Positions 1 through 6,580 of a stretch of DNA of 58,751 nucleotides are shown one piece after another. Made by a program: the position numbers and the translations under genes. The notes beneath the pieces were generated by a model. That model was not told where the DNA came from, did not search any database, and was given only the letters and a program-made list of their open reading frames with translations. Each line of letters starts with the position of its first letter. The stretch's first letter is position 1. The DNA comes from a virus (taxonomy: Duplodnaviria; Caudoviricetes): IMG/VR virus record IMGVR_UViG_3300030104_001141, positions 1 to 58,751 of that record. One strand, 5' to 3'.

Positions 1-174
1 GGTAATCATCTAATAAATCCAGCAAAACTTTTTGTTGTTCTTCAGGCAACTTAGATAATTTTTCTAAATCAATCAAGGTGTGGTACTCCTAAAGAAAACA
101 AAGTCAAATGGAGTGGAAACTTTGTTGGAGTTGTAAAGATAATATTAAGAGCACCACAAAACCTTTCTAGTTTA
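1..174. repeat. Terminal overlap of circular assembly (copy at 58578-58751)
   Basis: 1-174 aligns to 58578-58751 with 4 substitutions; includes the 5' end of terL. Confidence 0.95.
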
Positions 175-253
175 ATACTAGGTTCTAGTATAGAACTATA
201 TATAAATCTTAGTTTAATACTAGCTAGTGTTCTAATAGCTAGTTTTATACTAG
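167..253. repeat. Array of five 15-bp imperfect palindromes, CTAGT-N5-ACTAG
   Basis: Copies at 167-181, 185-199, 209-223, 224-238, 239-253. Confidence 0.85.
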
Positions 254-288
254 GTAAACCGATAAATCTCCCTATTTTGTACATAGTT

Positions 289-543
289 TCATATCTTCAC
301 TTGTTCGTCAATACTTTTATTGATGTTTTTAAACGGGCTATTTCTCGTACTCATAACTGTACGCCATCTGTTAGGTTGCATGGTAACCCATCCTGCTTCT
401 TCTAATCTTTTAATCATAGCGTGTACTGTACTCTTAGATGATACTCCTATAGCTTCTGCTATGCCTTGTAGTGTTGGTCCACAGCTATACTGTTCCCAAT
501 GACTCTCAATTGCTTCTAATACTAATAACTGTCTTTTTGTCAT
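289..543 (-). CDS. LexA-like winged-HTH DNA-binding protein, no peptidase domain
   Basis: MTKRQ..L..I......GPT...IA.A.GVSSKSTVH..I.RLE..GW matches the LexA N-terminal domain; GGAG SD supports start at 543. Confidence 0.8.
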   Translation of the reverse strand: MTKRQLLVLEAIESHWEQYSCGPTLQGIAEAIGVSSKSTVHAMIKRLEEAGWVTMQPNRWRTVMSTRNSPFKNINKSIDEQVKI

Positions 544-573
544 ATATACTCCTATGGGGTCTAGGGGACCCAT

Positions 574-588
574 GAACATTATACGAAC
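574..588 (-). promoter_or_regulatory. GAAC-N7-GAAC (alphaproteobacterial-type LexA box) overlapping a TATAAT -10 element
   Basis: + strand GAAC ATTATAC GAAC; ATTATA 578-583 reads TATAAT on the - strand, about 35 nt upstream of the LexA-like gene. Confidence 0.5.
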
Positions 589-720
589 ATTCTAAAAAAA
601 AATCTACCTGTAAGTGGGTCGAAGAAAAAAATAGACCCCCCCCTATGCAATTATGAAAAATATAAAATTGTTTGTGTAAAACAGTGTGTATAGGGAGTCT
701 GTCGAAAATTTTATATAGGT

Positions 721-739
721 GGGGTGGGTATGGGTGGGG
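721..739 (+). other. G-quadruplex-compatible G-tract motif in the non-coding gap downstream of terS
   Basis: GGGGTGGGTATGGGTGGGG; C8 run at 636-643. Confidence 0.5.
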
Positions 740-754
740 TAAAACAATAGTGCA

Positions 755-1234
755 TTATTTATTATCAGTTGCAAAGAGTTCATGTATTTTCTGTTCCAGT
801 TCCAGTTTAATCTCATCACTGGTCTTGTTACTGCTAGTTGTCTCAACCCTATCAGTAAAGAGTGCCACCTCAGATATCTTTCCTATTAACTCAAGGCTAC
901 GAATCCTTGCTGACTCATTGTTGTTAATATCCTTTGCTTCTTTGATTAACTGGTCTGTAACAAACTGTCTTAGAGAGAGTGATGTACTAACTGAATACTG
1001 CTCTTTTCTCTTGAACCCTGCCTTGACCCTTTGGGAAACCTTAGGGTGGCTCATAAGGACACTAGCTTCTCTCCAAACGCTACTATCTTTCATGTTCTTT
1101 GTGTTGTATGAATTGCGATATGATTCACTAGCAGTCATACCTGATAATACACCTTGTACAAACTTCTCTTGCTTAGGTGTTAATCCATCTATATTAGTTA
1201 CCTTGTTCTTGTCCTTGTCTTTGATTTTGCTCAT
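755..1234 (-). CDS. terS: Terminase small subunit
   Basis: LTPKQEKFV...YRNSY...ASVLM.HPKV..R N-terminal HTH and 'RSLELIGK...LFTDRVE' are typical of TerS; lies upstream of terL on the circle. Confidence 0.75.
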   Translation of the reverse strand: MSKIKDKDKNKVTNIDGLTPKQEKFVQGVLSGMTASESYRNSYNTKNMKDSSVWREASVLMSHPKVSQRVKAGFKRKEQYSVSTSLSLRQFVTDQLIKEAKDINNNESARIRSLELIGKISEVALFTDRVETTSSNKTSDEIKLELEQKIHELFATDNK

Positions 1235-1242
1235 ATCCTATC

Positions 1243-1258
1243 TATTAACCTATTAATA
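1243..1258. repeat. First copy of dispersed 16-bp palindrome TATTAAY-NN-RTTAATA
   Basis: Exact copies also at 4556, 6619, 8660, 11128, 17837, 27495, 35928; one-mismatch copies at 2669, 12494, 15924. Confidence 0.85.
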
Positions 1259-1392
1259 TTTGATTTAATTTATATGGATGACTTCCTATGTCATCTATGC
1301 CTAAACCCCTTTATACGCTTACTTCGTAAGCAACACAAGTTCCGGAATGAACATAAGGCGTAAAGAAATATCATTTTATTTATCACAAACAC

Positions 1393-1423
1393 TTGCAATT
1401 GTGGGGTAATCCATGTTTATAAT
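1393..1423 (+). promoter_or_regulatory. Putative sigma70 early promoter
   Basis: TTGCAA (1393-1398), 19-nt spacer, TATAAT (1418-1423); the spacer is longer than optimal. Confidence 0.5.
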
Positions 1424-1429
1424 ACCCTG

Positions 1430-1868
1430 TCGTTTGGGATTGTCGTTGAAAAACCCCTTTCCAAACACGCCCTAGTGGGACACTCATTGTCCCCATGAGA
1501 GCCGGTCGCAAGGACTTGGTTCGAGGGTTCAAGCCTAGAGCCTGAATCGACACATGGGACATAATCGAGAAGAGGTAACCTGAAAATCCTCACCACGAAA
1601 AATCCGGACTTCATGTTTTTGAGAGTTTATTCAGGGTTGAGAGAGTGTTGTCTCATTGAGAACGATTCTGTCCATTAGCGAATGTCCTAGCAAGACTAAA
1701 GGTTTGGGTGGTTTCCGGAGAGTTGAGATTCCCACAGAACACAAAACTCAAGAATATCAATATGTGCTAAGGCTATGCTGGTGATGAACCGGTGTGTAAC
1801 TTGCTTGTCTCTAGGGACTAAACTTGTGAGTGTGTAAAGTAGCTAATCCCAAAGTGATAAGTCTAGGT
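1430..1868 (+). ncRNA. Putative large structured ncRNA, class unassigned
   Basis: GC-rich and without a credible ORF; 1433-1442 pairs with 1844-1853; GCAA tetraloop hairpin 1499-1522; further helices. Confidence 0.65.
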
Positions 1869-1895
1869 AATAATTTAATTTTATGGAGAAAATTT

Positions 1896-2177
1896 ATGAA
1901 TAAAATAAAAGCATTGTTGAGTTTGGTTGAATGTGAGATGAAAAGATATTATGACCCCTTTTGGAGTGATGGTAAGGATGTAATCCTTGATGATATCGCC
2001 AGTATTTTGGAGATAGCATCATTACTTTCTAGTGCCAAAGTTAGCAAGAAAGCGTTGAAATCGCATTTCAATACGCTTGATACTGAATTGAGAGACACGA
2101 TTTCATGTTTCTTAAAAAATGAAGATAACATTCATCAAGCCATGTATGAGTGTGGATATATCGTTATTTCTGAATAA
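1896..2177 (+). CDS. Hypothetical early protein
   Basis: GGAG SD before ATG 1896; leader identical to that of the 2270 gene. Confidence 0.8.
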   Translation: MNKIKALLSLVECEMKRYYDPFWSDGKDVILDDIASILEIASLLSSAKVSKKALKSHFNTLDTELRDTISCFLKNEDNIHQAMYECGYIVISE

Positions 2178-2242
2178 ACCTACTGATGAGCAACACTGAA
2201 AGGTGGCGAAACTTAAGGCTCTTTTGAGCCTTTTGTTTAGGT
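2178..2242 (+). ncRNA. Hammerhead ribozyme 1 (type I), predicted cleavage GUU after 2237
   Basis: Stem I ACCTA/TAGGT; CTGATGA 2183-2189; stem II with GAAA loop; GAAAC 2208-2212; stem III AAGGCTC/GAGCCTT; distal stem GTTATT/AATAAT. Confidence 0.9.
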
Positions 2243-2269
2243 AATAATTTAATTTTATGGAGAAAATTT

Positions 2270-2593
2270 ATGAAAGCAGAAAAAATAATTGAGCATATCA
2301 CTAAATCTTTTAACAAATATCTTGATGAAAGTGGGATGGAAGAACTTATTCCAAACCATAAAAAAGATGCTTGGAAAGATTTGATTATTAGAGAATCTGA
2401 AGAAGAAAATGAAGTGGTTGAGATACTATATGATGGTGGCTACTGTTACGACATGATTAACGAAACATGGGATGAGTGTGGTGGATATACAAACTGGGAA
2501 ACTGCTGAAATGCTATTTGGTTTGAAATCCTTAGAGAAAAAAGGACATGAAGCTGAACCTTATGCATCATGGAAAATATCTGTTTATGCTTGA
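2270..2593 (+). CDS. Hypothetical acidic early protein
   Basis: ORF with GGAG SD, bracketed by hammerheads 1 and 2. Confidence 0.8.
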   Translation: MKAEKIIEHITKSFNKYLDESGMEELIPNHKKDAWKDLIIRESEEENEVVEILYDGGYCYDMINETWDECGGYTNWETAEMLFGLKSLEKKGHEAEPYASWKISVYA

Positions 2594-2597
2594 TAAA

Positions 2598-2662
2598 ACC
2601 TACTGATGAGCAACACTGAAAGGTGGCGAAACTTGGGACTTTCCGGAGTCCCAATTCTAGGT
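2598..2662 (+). ncRNA. Hammerhead ribozyme 2 (type I), predicted cleavage UUC after 2657
   Basis: 39 nt identical to HHR1 (2596-2634 = 2176-2214); different stem III TTGGGACTT/GAGTCCCAA with UCCG loop; distal stem TGTTTAT/ATAAACA. Confidence 0.9.
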
Positions 2663-2697
2663 AATAAACATTAACCAATTAATAGATAGGAGAAAAT

Positions 2698-2886
2698 ATG
2701 AATAAACCTGAAGCAAATAAACTTTACGCCTTAACTGGTGGGACTGGAGAGCCTTGTATTGCAAATGGCAACACTTGGGCAGAAAGTGAAGTTAAACCTA
2801 AATGTAATCGCTGTGGTGTTGTTGTCTTTCCTGAAGATGATAACTGTTGTGATAGATGTTTAGAATTGTCTTTTAACGAGGAGTAA
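2698..2886 (+). CDS. Small Cys-rich (Zn-finger-like) protein
   Basis: CNRC...CCDRC; AGGAG SD. Confidence 0.7.
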   Translation: MNKPEANKLYALTGGTGEPCIANGNTWAESEVKPKCNRCGVVVFPEDDNCCDRCLELSFNEE

Positions 2887-2888
2887 AT

Positions 2889-3077
2889 ATGACAGAATTT
2901 AATCAAGAAAAATACCTGAAAAAATGCTTGAAAGAAGCAAGAGGAAAATTAGCGTATGCAGTTATGAATGATATGTCTGATGTTGTAATTGAGAGTTGTG
3001 AAGATTCTTGTAAAAGACTTGCTACAGCATTAGAAGATGTTAGATACGAAAAAAAATATGGGAGTGATTATGAATGA
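2889..3077 (+). CDS. Hypothetical protein
   Basis: GAGGAG SD; tight operon packing. Confidence 0.7.
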   Translation: MTEFNQEKYLKKCLKEARGKLAYAVMNDMSDVVIESCEDSCKRLATALEDVRYEKKYGSDYE

Positions 3078-3228
3078 ACCTGAAGCAAATAACGAATCAG
3101 TAAAAATAACCTGTGAAGAATGTTATGGAAGTGGCGTATCAAGAACTATTAATGGAGATATGGGAGTTGATAATTGTTGGTGTTGTGATGGATATGGATA
3201 TTATAGAGAATATTACACTAAGGAGTGA
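3070..3228 (+). CDS. Small DnaJ-type Zn-finger-like protein
   Basis: CEECYGSG...CWCCDGYG; GGAG SD before ATG 3070. Confidence 0.7.
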   Translation: MNEPEANNESVKITCEECYGSGVSRTINGDMGVDNCWCCDGYGYYREYYTKE

Positions 3229-3230
3229 TT

Positions 3231-3359
3231 ATGAATAAATCAAAAAGAAAAGTGGTGGTAAATAAAAAAGATAAATTGATATCTATGAAAATTTACAAGC
3301 CAAAAGTAAAAAAGAAAACAGCATTTCAAGTAGCTTTTGAAAATGCTAAGGGTGTATAG
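3231..3359 (+). CDS. Small basic protein (42 aa, not in the ORF track)
   Basis: AGGAG SD; MNKSKRKVVV...FENAKGV*. Confidence 0.55.
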   Translation: MNKSKRKVVVNKKDKLISMKIYKPKVKKKTAFQVAFENAKGV

Positions 3360-3412
3360 GTAAATTTACCAGTGGTTTGGCTAGTACCACATACCTTAAA
3401 ACTAGCCATCTA
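3349..3412 (+). ncRNA. Pseudoknot element PK1
   Basis: GTGGT/ACCAC hairpin whose loop TGGCTAGT (3378-3385) pairs with ACTAGCCA (3401-3408); outer stem AGGGTGT/ATACCTT. Confidence 0.65.
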
Positions 3413-3416
3413 ATTT

Positions 3417-3471
3417 TGACTATCGTATAGGAATAGTACCTATGCCTGAATGAGTAACTGCGAAATAGTCA
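3417..3471 (+). ncRNA. Hammerhead ribozyme 3 (type III, core variant CUGAAUGA), predicted cleavage AUC after 3424
   Basis: Stem III TGACTAT/ATAGTCA; stem I GTATAGG/CCTATGC; CTGAATGA 3446-3453; short stem II; GAAA 3462-3465. Confidence 0.8.
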
Positions 3472-3504
3472 TTTCAGTTTTATTAATCGCAAAATGGAGT
3501 AAAT

Positions 3505-4488
3505 ATGAAAGCGAAACAATTAGAAAAATCACTTTCGACTCTAATATCTATCAAGCAACCATCATTTATTTGGGGTGGCGTTGGTATTGGTAAATCAGAA
3601 ATTATCCACAAAGTTGGAGAATCTTTGGGTTATCAAATAAGAGATGTTAGGGTTTCACTACTTGACCCTGTGGACTTAAGGGGTATTCCTAGCGTAGAAA
3701 ATGGAACTACTGTTTGGAATCCACCTGTCTTTTTACCTACTGAAGATGAGCCAAAAACATTACTATTCCTAGATGAGTTACCTCATGGGAGTCCTAGTGT
3801 TCAAAATGCATTATTTCAGTTAGTTAAAGATAGGCAATTGGGTGAGTATAAATTACCTGATTCGACAGTCATTGTCAGTGCTGGTAATAGGTTACAAGAT
3901 AAAGCCGGTGCGAATAGGGTTAATACAGCATTGGGAGATAGATTTATTCATTTAGATTTTGAACCTTGTCCTGATGAGTGGATTGCATGGGCAAAATCAA
4001 GTGGAAAGATTATGCCTGAAATCATAGCGTATATGAGATATAGACCGGAGAATTTATTTGTATTTGATAAAAATGCAAGAGTAAATACTACGCCTAGAAG
4101 TTGGGAATATGCTTCAAGGATTATGTCTGAATGTCCTGATTCTGATATTGAGCATGAGTTACTTTCCGGAACTATTGGAGAGGGTGTGAGTGCTGAATTG
4201 ATAGGTTTCTTGAGAACTGTTAGAGGTTTACCATCACTTGATAAAATCTTGAATGACCCTGAGAGCCTTGATACTGAATCTGACCCTGCGATTCTTTATG
4301 CGATTACAAGCATAATTGCTAGGAAGATGGATAAGACAAACATTGATAAGTTTGTAAAATACTTGGACACATTACCTGATGAGTTCGCTATTTTATGTAT
4401 GACTGATGCAGTGGAATCGAATCCTGACATTAGAAAAACCAAAGCGTTTATTAATTTTGATATCAAGCATCAAGACATTACGCTTTAA
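3505..4488 (+). CDS. MoxR-like AAA+ ATPase
   Basis: Walker A GGVGIGKS, Walker B LLFLDE, AGN sensor, ALGDRF, TPRSW. Confidence 0.9.
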   Translation: MKAKQLEKSLSTLISIKQPSFIWGGVGIGKSEIIHKVGESLGYQIRDVRVSLLDPVDLRGIPSVENGTTVWNPPVFLPTEDEPKTLLFLDELPHGSPSVQNALFQLVKDRQLGEYKLPDSTVIVSAGNRLQDKAGANRVNTALGDRFIHLDFEPCPDEWIAWAKSSGKIMPEIIAYMRYRPENLFVFDKNARVNTTPRSWEYASRIMSECPDSDIEHELLSGTIGEGVSAELIGFLRTVRGLPSLDKILNDPESLDTESDPAILYAITSIIARKMDKTNIDKFVKYLDTLPDEFAILCMTDAVESNPDIRKTKAFINFDIKHQDITL

Positions 4489-4549
4489 ACCGACTGATGA
4501 TTAGTTGAGATGCTATGAAAACATCCCATGTATTTGGGATGTTATTGGT
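4489..4549 (+). ncRNA. Hammerhead ribozyme 4 (type I), predicted cleavage UUA after 4544
   Basis: Stem I ACCGA/TTGGT; CTGATGA 4494-4500; stem II TAGT/GCTA with TGAGAT loop; GAAA; stem III AACATCCCA/TGGGATGTT. Confidence 0.85.
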
Positions 4550-4591
4550 AACAAGTATTAACTGATTAATACTTAAACATGGAGAAATATT

Positions 4592-5467
4592 ATGGCAGTA
4601 GCCCTAAATGAAAAAGCCATGCTCATCAAAGTTGAACTCAAGAAATGGGGTGGAACTAAAACTGATAAATCCTTATCAGAAAAAATTGGATATGATTCTA
4701 ATACTGATGCAAGTTTGTATTCAGTATCAAAGAAACTAACCAATTCCACCACGCTGAAAGAGATTAAAAAAATTGATGGATTGATAAGAACTGACTGCAT
4801 CTATTCCGGTGCTGGTTATAGAGGTTTTTGTCATGCATGGGATAATAATGGAAACTATCTATTACCTATTGATGCAAAAGATAGGTTTGAGAAAAGGTTT
4901 TCATCTTATAGAGATGATAGAGAGAAATTGGTAAAACAATTTGTTTCTGAATATCCGGATATCATCAAAGATGCACAAAGAGAATTTGGTGCAAATTTCA
5001 AAGCAGATGATTTTCCACATGAAACTGAAATTGGCGAATGTTTTTCTTGCGAAGTAATCAAGAATGTAGTTCCCTCTACTGATGATATTAGAATTAATTT
5101 ATCAAAAGATGAGATTGATGAACTAAAAGCAAATGCCAAAAAGCAAGAAAATGAAAGAGTAGAAAAGATTACTTCAGATGTTGTTGATAAAATGACTGGA
5201 GTTCTTGGACATCTTGCAGAAAGAATCAATGATGGTGAGACCTTTAGAGATTCTACACTTGATAAGGTTATTGATTTGTGCGAAACAATACCGGCATTGA
5301 ATGTTGGTGGTGATGCAAAAATTCATAAGGCTCATCAAGACTTGATGGACATATTTGCCGGTAATGATATTACTGCTGAATCATTAAGAGATGATAAAGA
5401 CAAGGCTAAAGAAATTGCTAAAAAGTCTGAGGAAATCATTGATGATTTAGAGGGATGGTTAGACTAA
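4592..5467 (+). CDS. DUF3150-like protein of the AAA/vWA cluster
   Basis: Helical protein between the AAA ATPase and vWA genes; family assignment from recall and context. Confidence 0.5.
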   Translation: MAVALNEKAMLIKVELKKWGGTKTDKSLSEKIGYDSNTDASLYSVSKKLTNSTTLKEIKKIDGLIRTDCIYSGAGYRGFCHAWDNNGNYLLPIDAKDRFEKRFSSYRDDREKLVKQFVSEYPDIIKDAQREFGANFKADDFPHETEIGECFSCEVIKNVVPSTDDIRINLSKDEIDELKANAKKQENERVEKITSDVVDKMTGVLGHLAERINDGETFRDSTLDKVIDLCETIPALNVGGDAKIHKAHQDLMDIFAGNDITAESLRDDKDKAKEIAKKSEEIIDDLEGWLD

Positions 5468-6573
5468 TGATAATACAAGAAATGACTAAAGCTAGAACTG
5501 AACTTATTATCAAACATCCTTTTTTTGGCAAACTTGCTTTAGGTATGAAAATCGTTGAAAGAGATGATATTGATACAATGGCAGTAGATGGTACTCACCT
5601 GTTCTATAACAAAGAATGGGTGTTAGGTATCACTCATCAAGAAAGAGTTGGTGTAATTGCTCACGAAGTCTTACACATTGTTTTCAAGCATCACTTGAGG
5701 AGAAAAGATAGGTGTCCACATTACTGGAATATTGCCGGTGATTATGTAATCAATGCTATTTTGTTTGAGCATGGATTTATACTACCTGATGGTGGTTTGT
5801 TTGATACAAAGTATGCTAAATGGAAAACTGAATCTGTCTACAAAGAAGTCTTTAAAAATAAAGAGCATGATGATGTCCAAACAGTTGGAGAAGTTATTGA
5901 TGCTACTGGTGAAGATGGTAAAGAACTTACTGAATCAGAACTTCAAGAGATGGAAAAAGAAATCACTGTTCAAGTTTTACAAGCTGAACAAAGTGCTAAA
6001 GGTATGGGTAAAGGTGGAGATGCTACAAAAGGTATGTTAGATATCGTGAAAGAGCAATCTGTTTCTTGGGATGATGTGTTGGCTAACTTAGTGTTGGACA
6101 AAGTAGAAACCAATGATTATAACTTCAATAATGTAAATAGAAGATTTGTACATCAAAATCTTTACTTACCTAGTTGTGAAAAGAAACCTAGTGCAAAAGG
6201 TGTTATTGCTTTAGATATTAGTGGTTCAATCTGTCGTGAAGATATGGCTATGATGCAAGATGCAGTAAACAATATTGTTCCTGTTGCAAACTTCGAGGAA
6301 CTTACAGTTCTTTATTGTGATGATGCAGTTAGGCGTATTGATACTTTTGATGCTAACGAGGAAGTAGAACTTACTTATATGAGTGGGGGTGGTACTGACT
6401 ATGAGCCTGTTATCAAATACATAGACAAAGAACTTGATAATGATATTGCGTTTCTTATCTACCTGACTGATGGATATTGTTATCCATGTAGTGAGCCTGA
6501 CTATCCGGTGATATGGGCAACCACTATGACATCACAATTCTTTAAATTTGGAGATATAGTTGAAGTTGCTTAA
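5467..6573 (+). CDS. Metallopeptidase-vWA protein (DUF2201-like)
   Basis: TMAVDG, HEVLH zincin motif, WNIAGDYVIN, MIDAS DISGS, GGGTD, YLTDG. Confidence 0.85.
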   Translation: MIIQEMTKARTELIIKHPFFGKLALGMKIVERDDIDTMAVDGTHLFYNKEWVLGITHQERVGVIAHEVLHIVFKHHLRRKDRCPHYWNIAGDYVINAILFEHGFILPDGGLFDTKYAKWKTESVYKEVFKNKEHDDVQTVGEVIDATGEDGKELTESELQEMEKEITVQVLQAEQSAKGMGKGGDATKGMLDIVKEQSVSWDDVLANLVLDKVETNDYNFNNVNRRFVHQNLYLPSCEKKPSAKGVIALDISGSICREDMAMMQDAVNNIVPVANFEELTVLYCDDAVRRIDTFDANEEVELTYMSGGGTDYEPVIKYIDKELDNDIAFLIYLTDGYCYPCSEPDYPVIWATTMTSQFFKFGDIVEVA

Positions 6574-6580
6574 CTTCAAG

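Noticed and set aside
69-284. 71-aa ORF with SIKL repeats
   Set aside because: The peptide repeats simply translate the CTAGT-N5-ACTAG DNA palindromes; likely non-coding, though not excluded.
672-1256. 194-aa + strand ORF and other antisense ORFs (e.g. 1417-1614, 4906-5229, 23009-23377, 45362-45910)
   Set aside because: Shadows of well-supported genes or of the ncRNA on the opposite strand, without SD or recognisable motifs.
1774-1830. Fifth local hammerhead core (GTGATGA...TAAAC) for the 1863 site
   Set aside because: Core bases deviate (no CUGA, no GAAA) and GATGA is the loop of its own hairpin.
1580-1868. Firm group I intron call
   Set aside because: Only loose P7-like words; I could not build convincing P3/P4/P6 or find an interrupted gene. 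Kept only as a hypothesis within the ncRNA finding.
2176-2634. 39-nt direct repeat as a CRISPR array
   Set aside because: Only two copies, 420 nt apart with a whole ORF between them, and no cas genes; the repeat is a hammerhead core.
1864-2662. Integron attC cassettes
   Set aside because: No RYYYAAC/GTTRRRY box pairs and no integron integrase; the hammerhead model explains the conserved bases.
3349-3412. PK1/PK2 as preQ1 or SAM riboswitches or a pistol ribozyme
   Set aside because: H-type topology is similar, but I could not match the ligand-binding or catalytic consensus, and the downstream genes are unrelated to those ligands.
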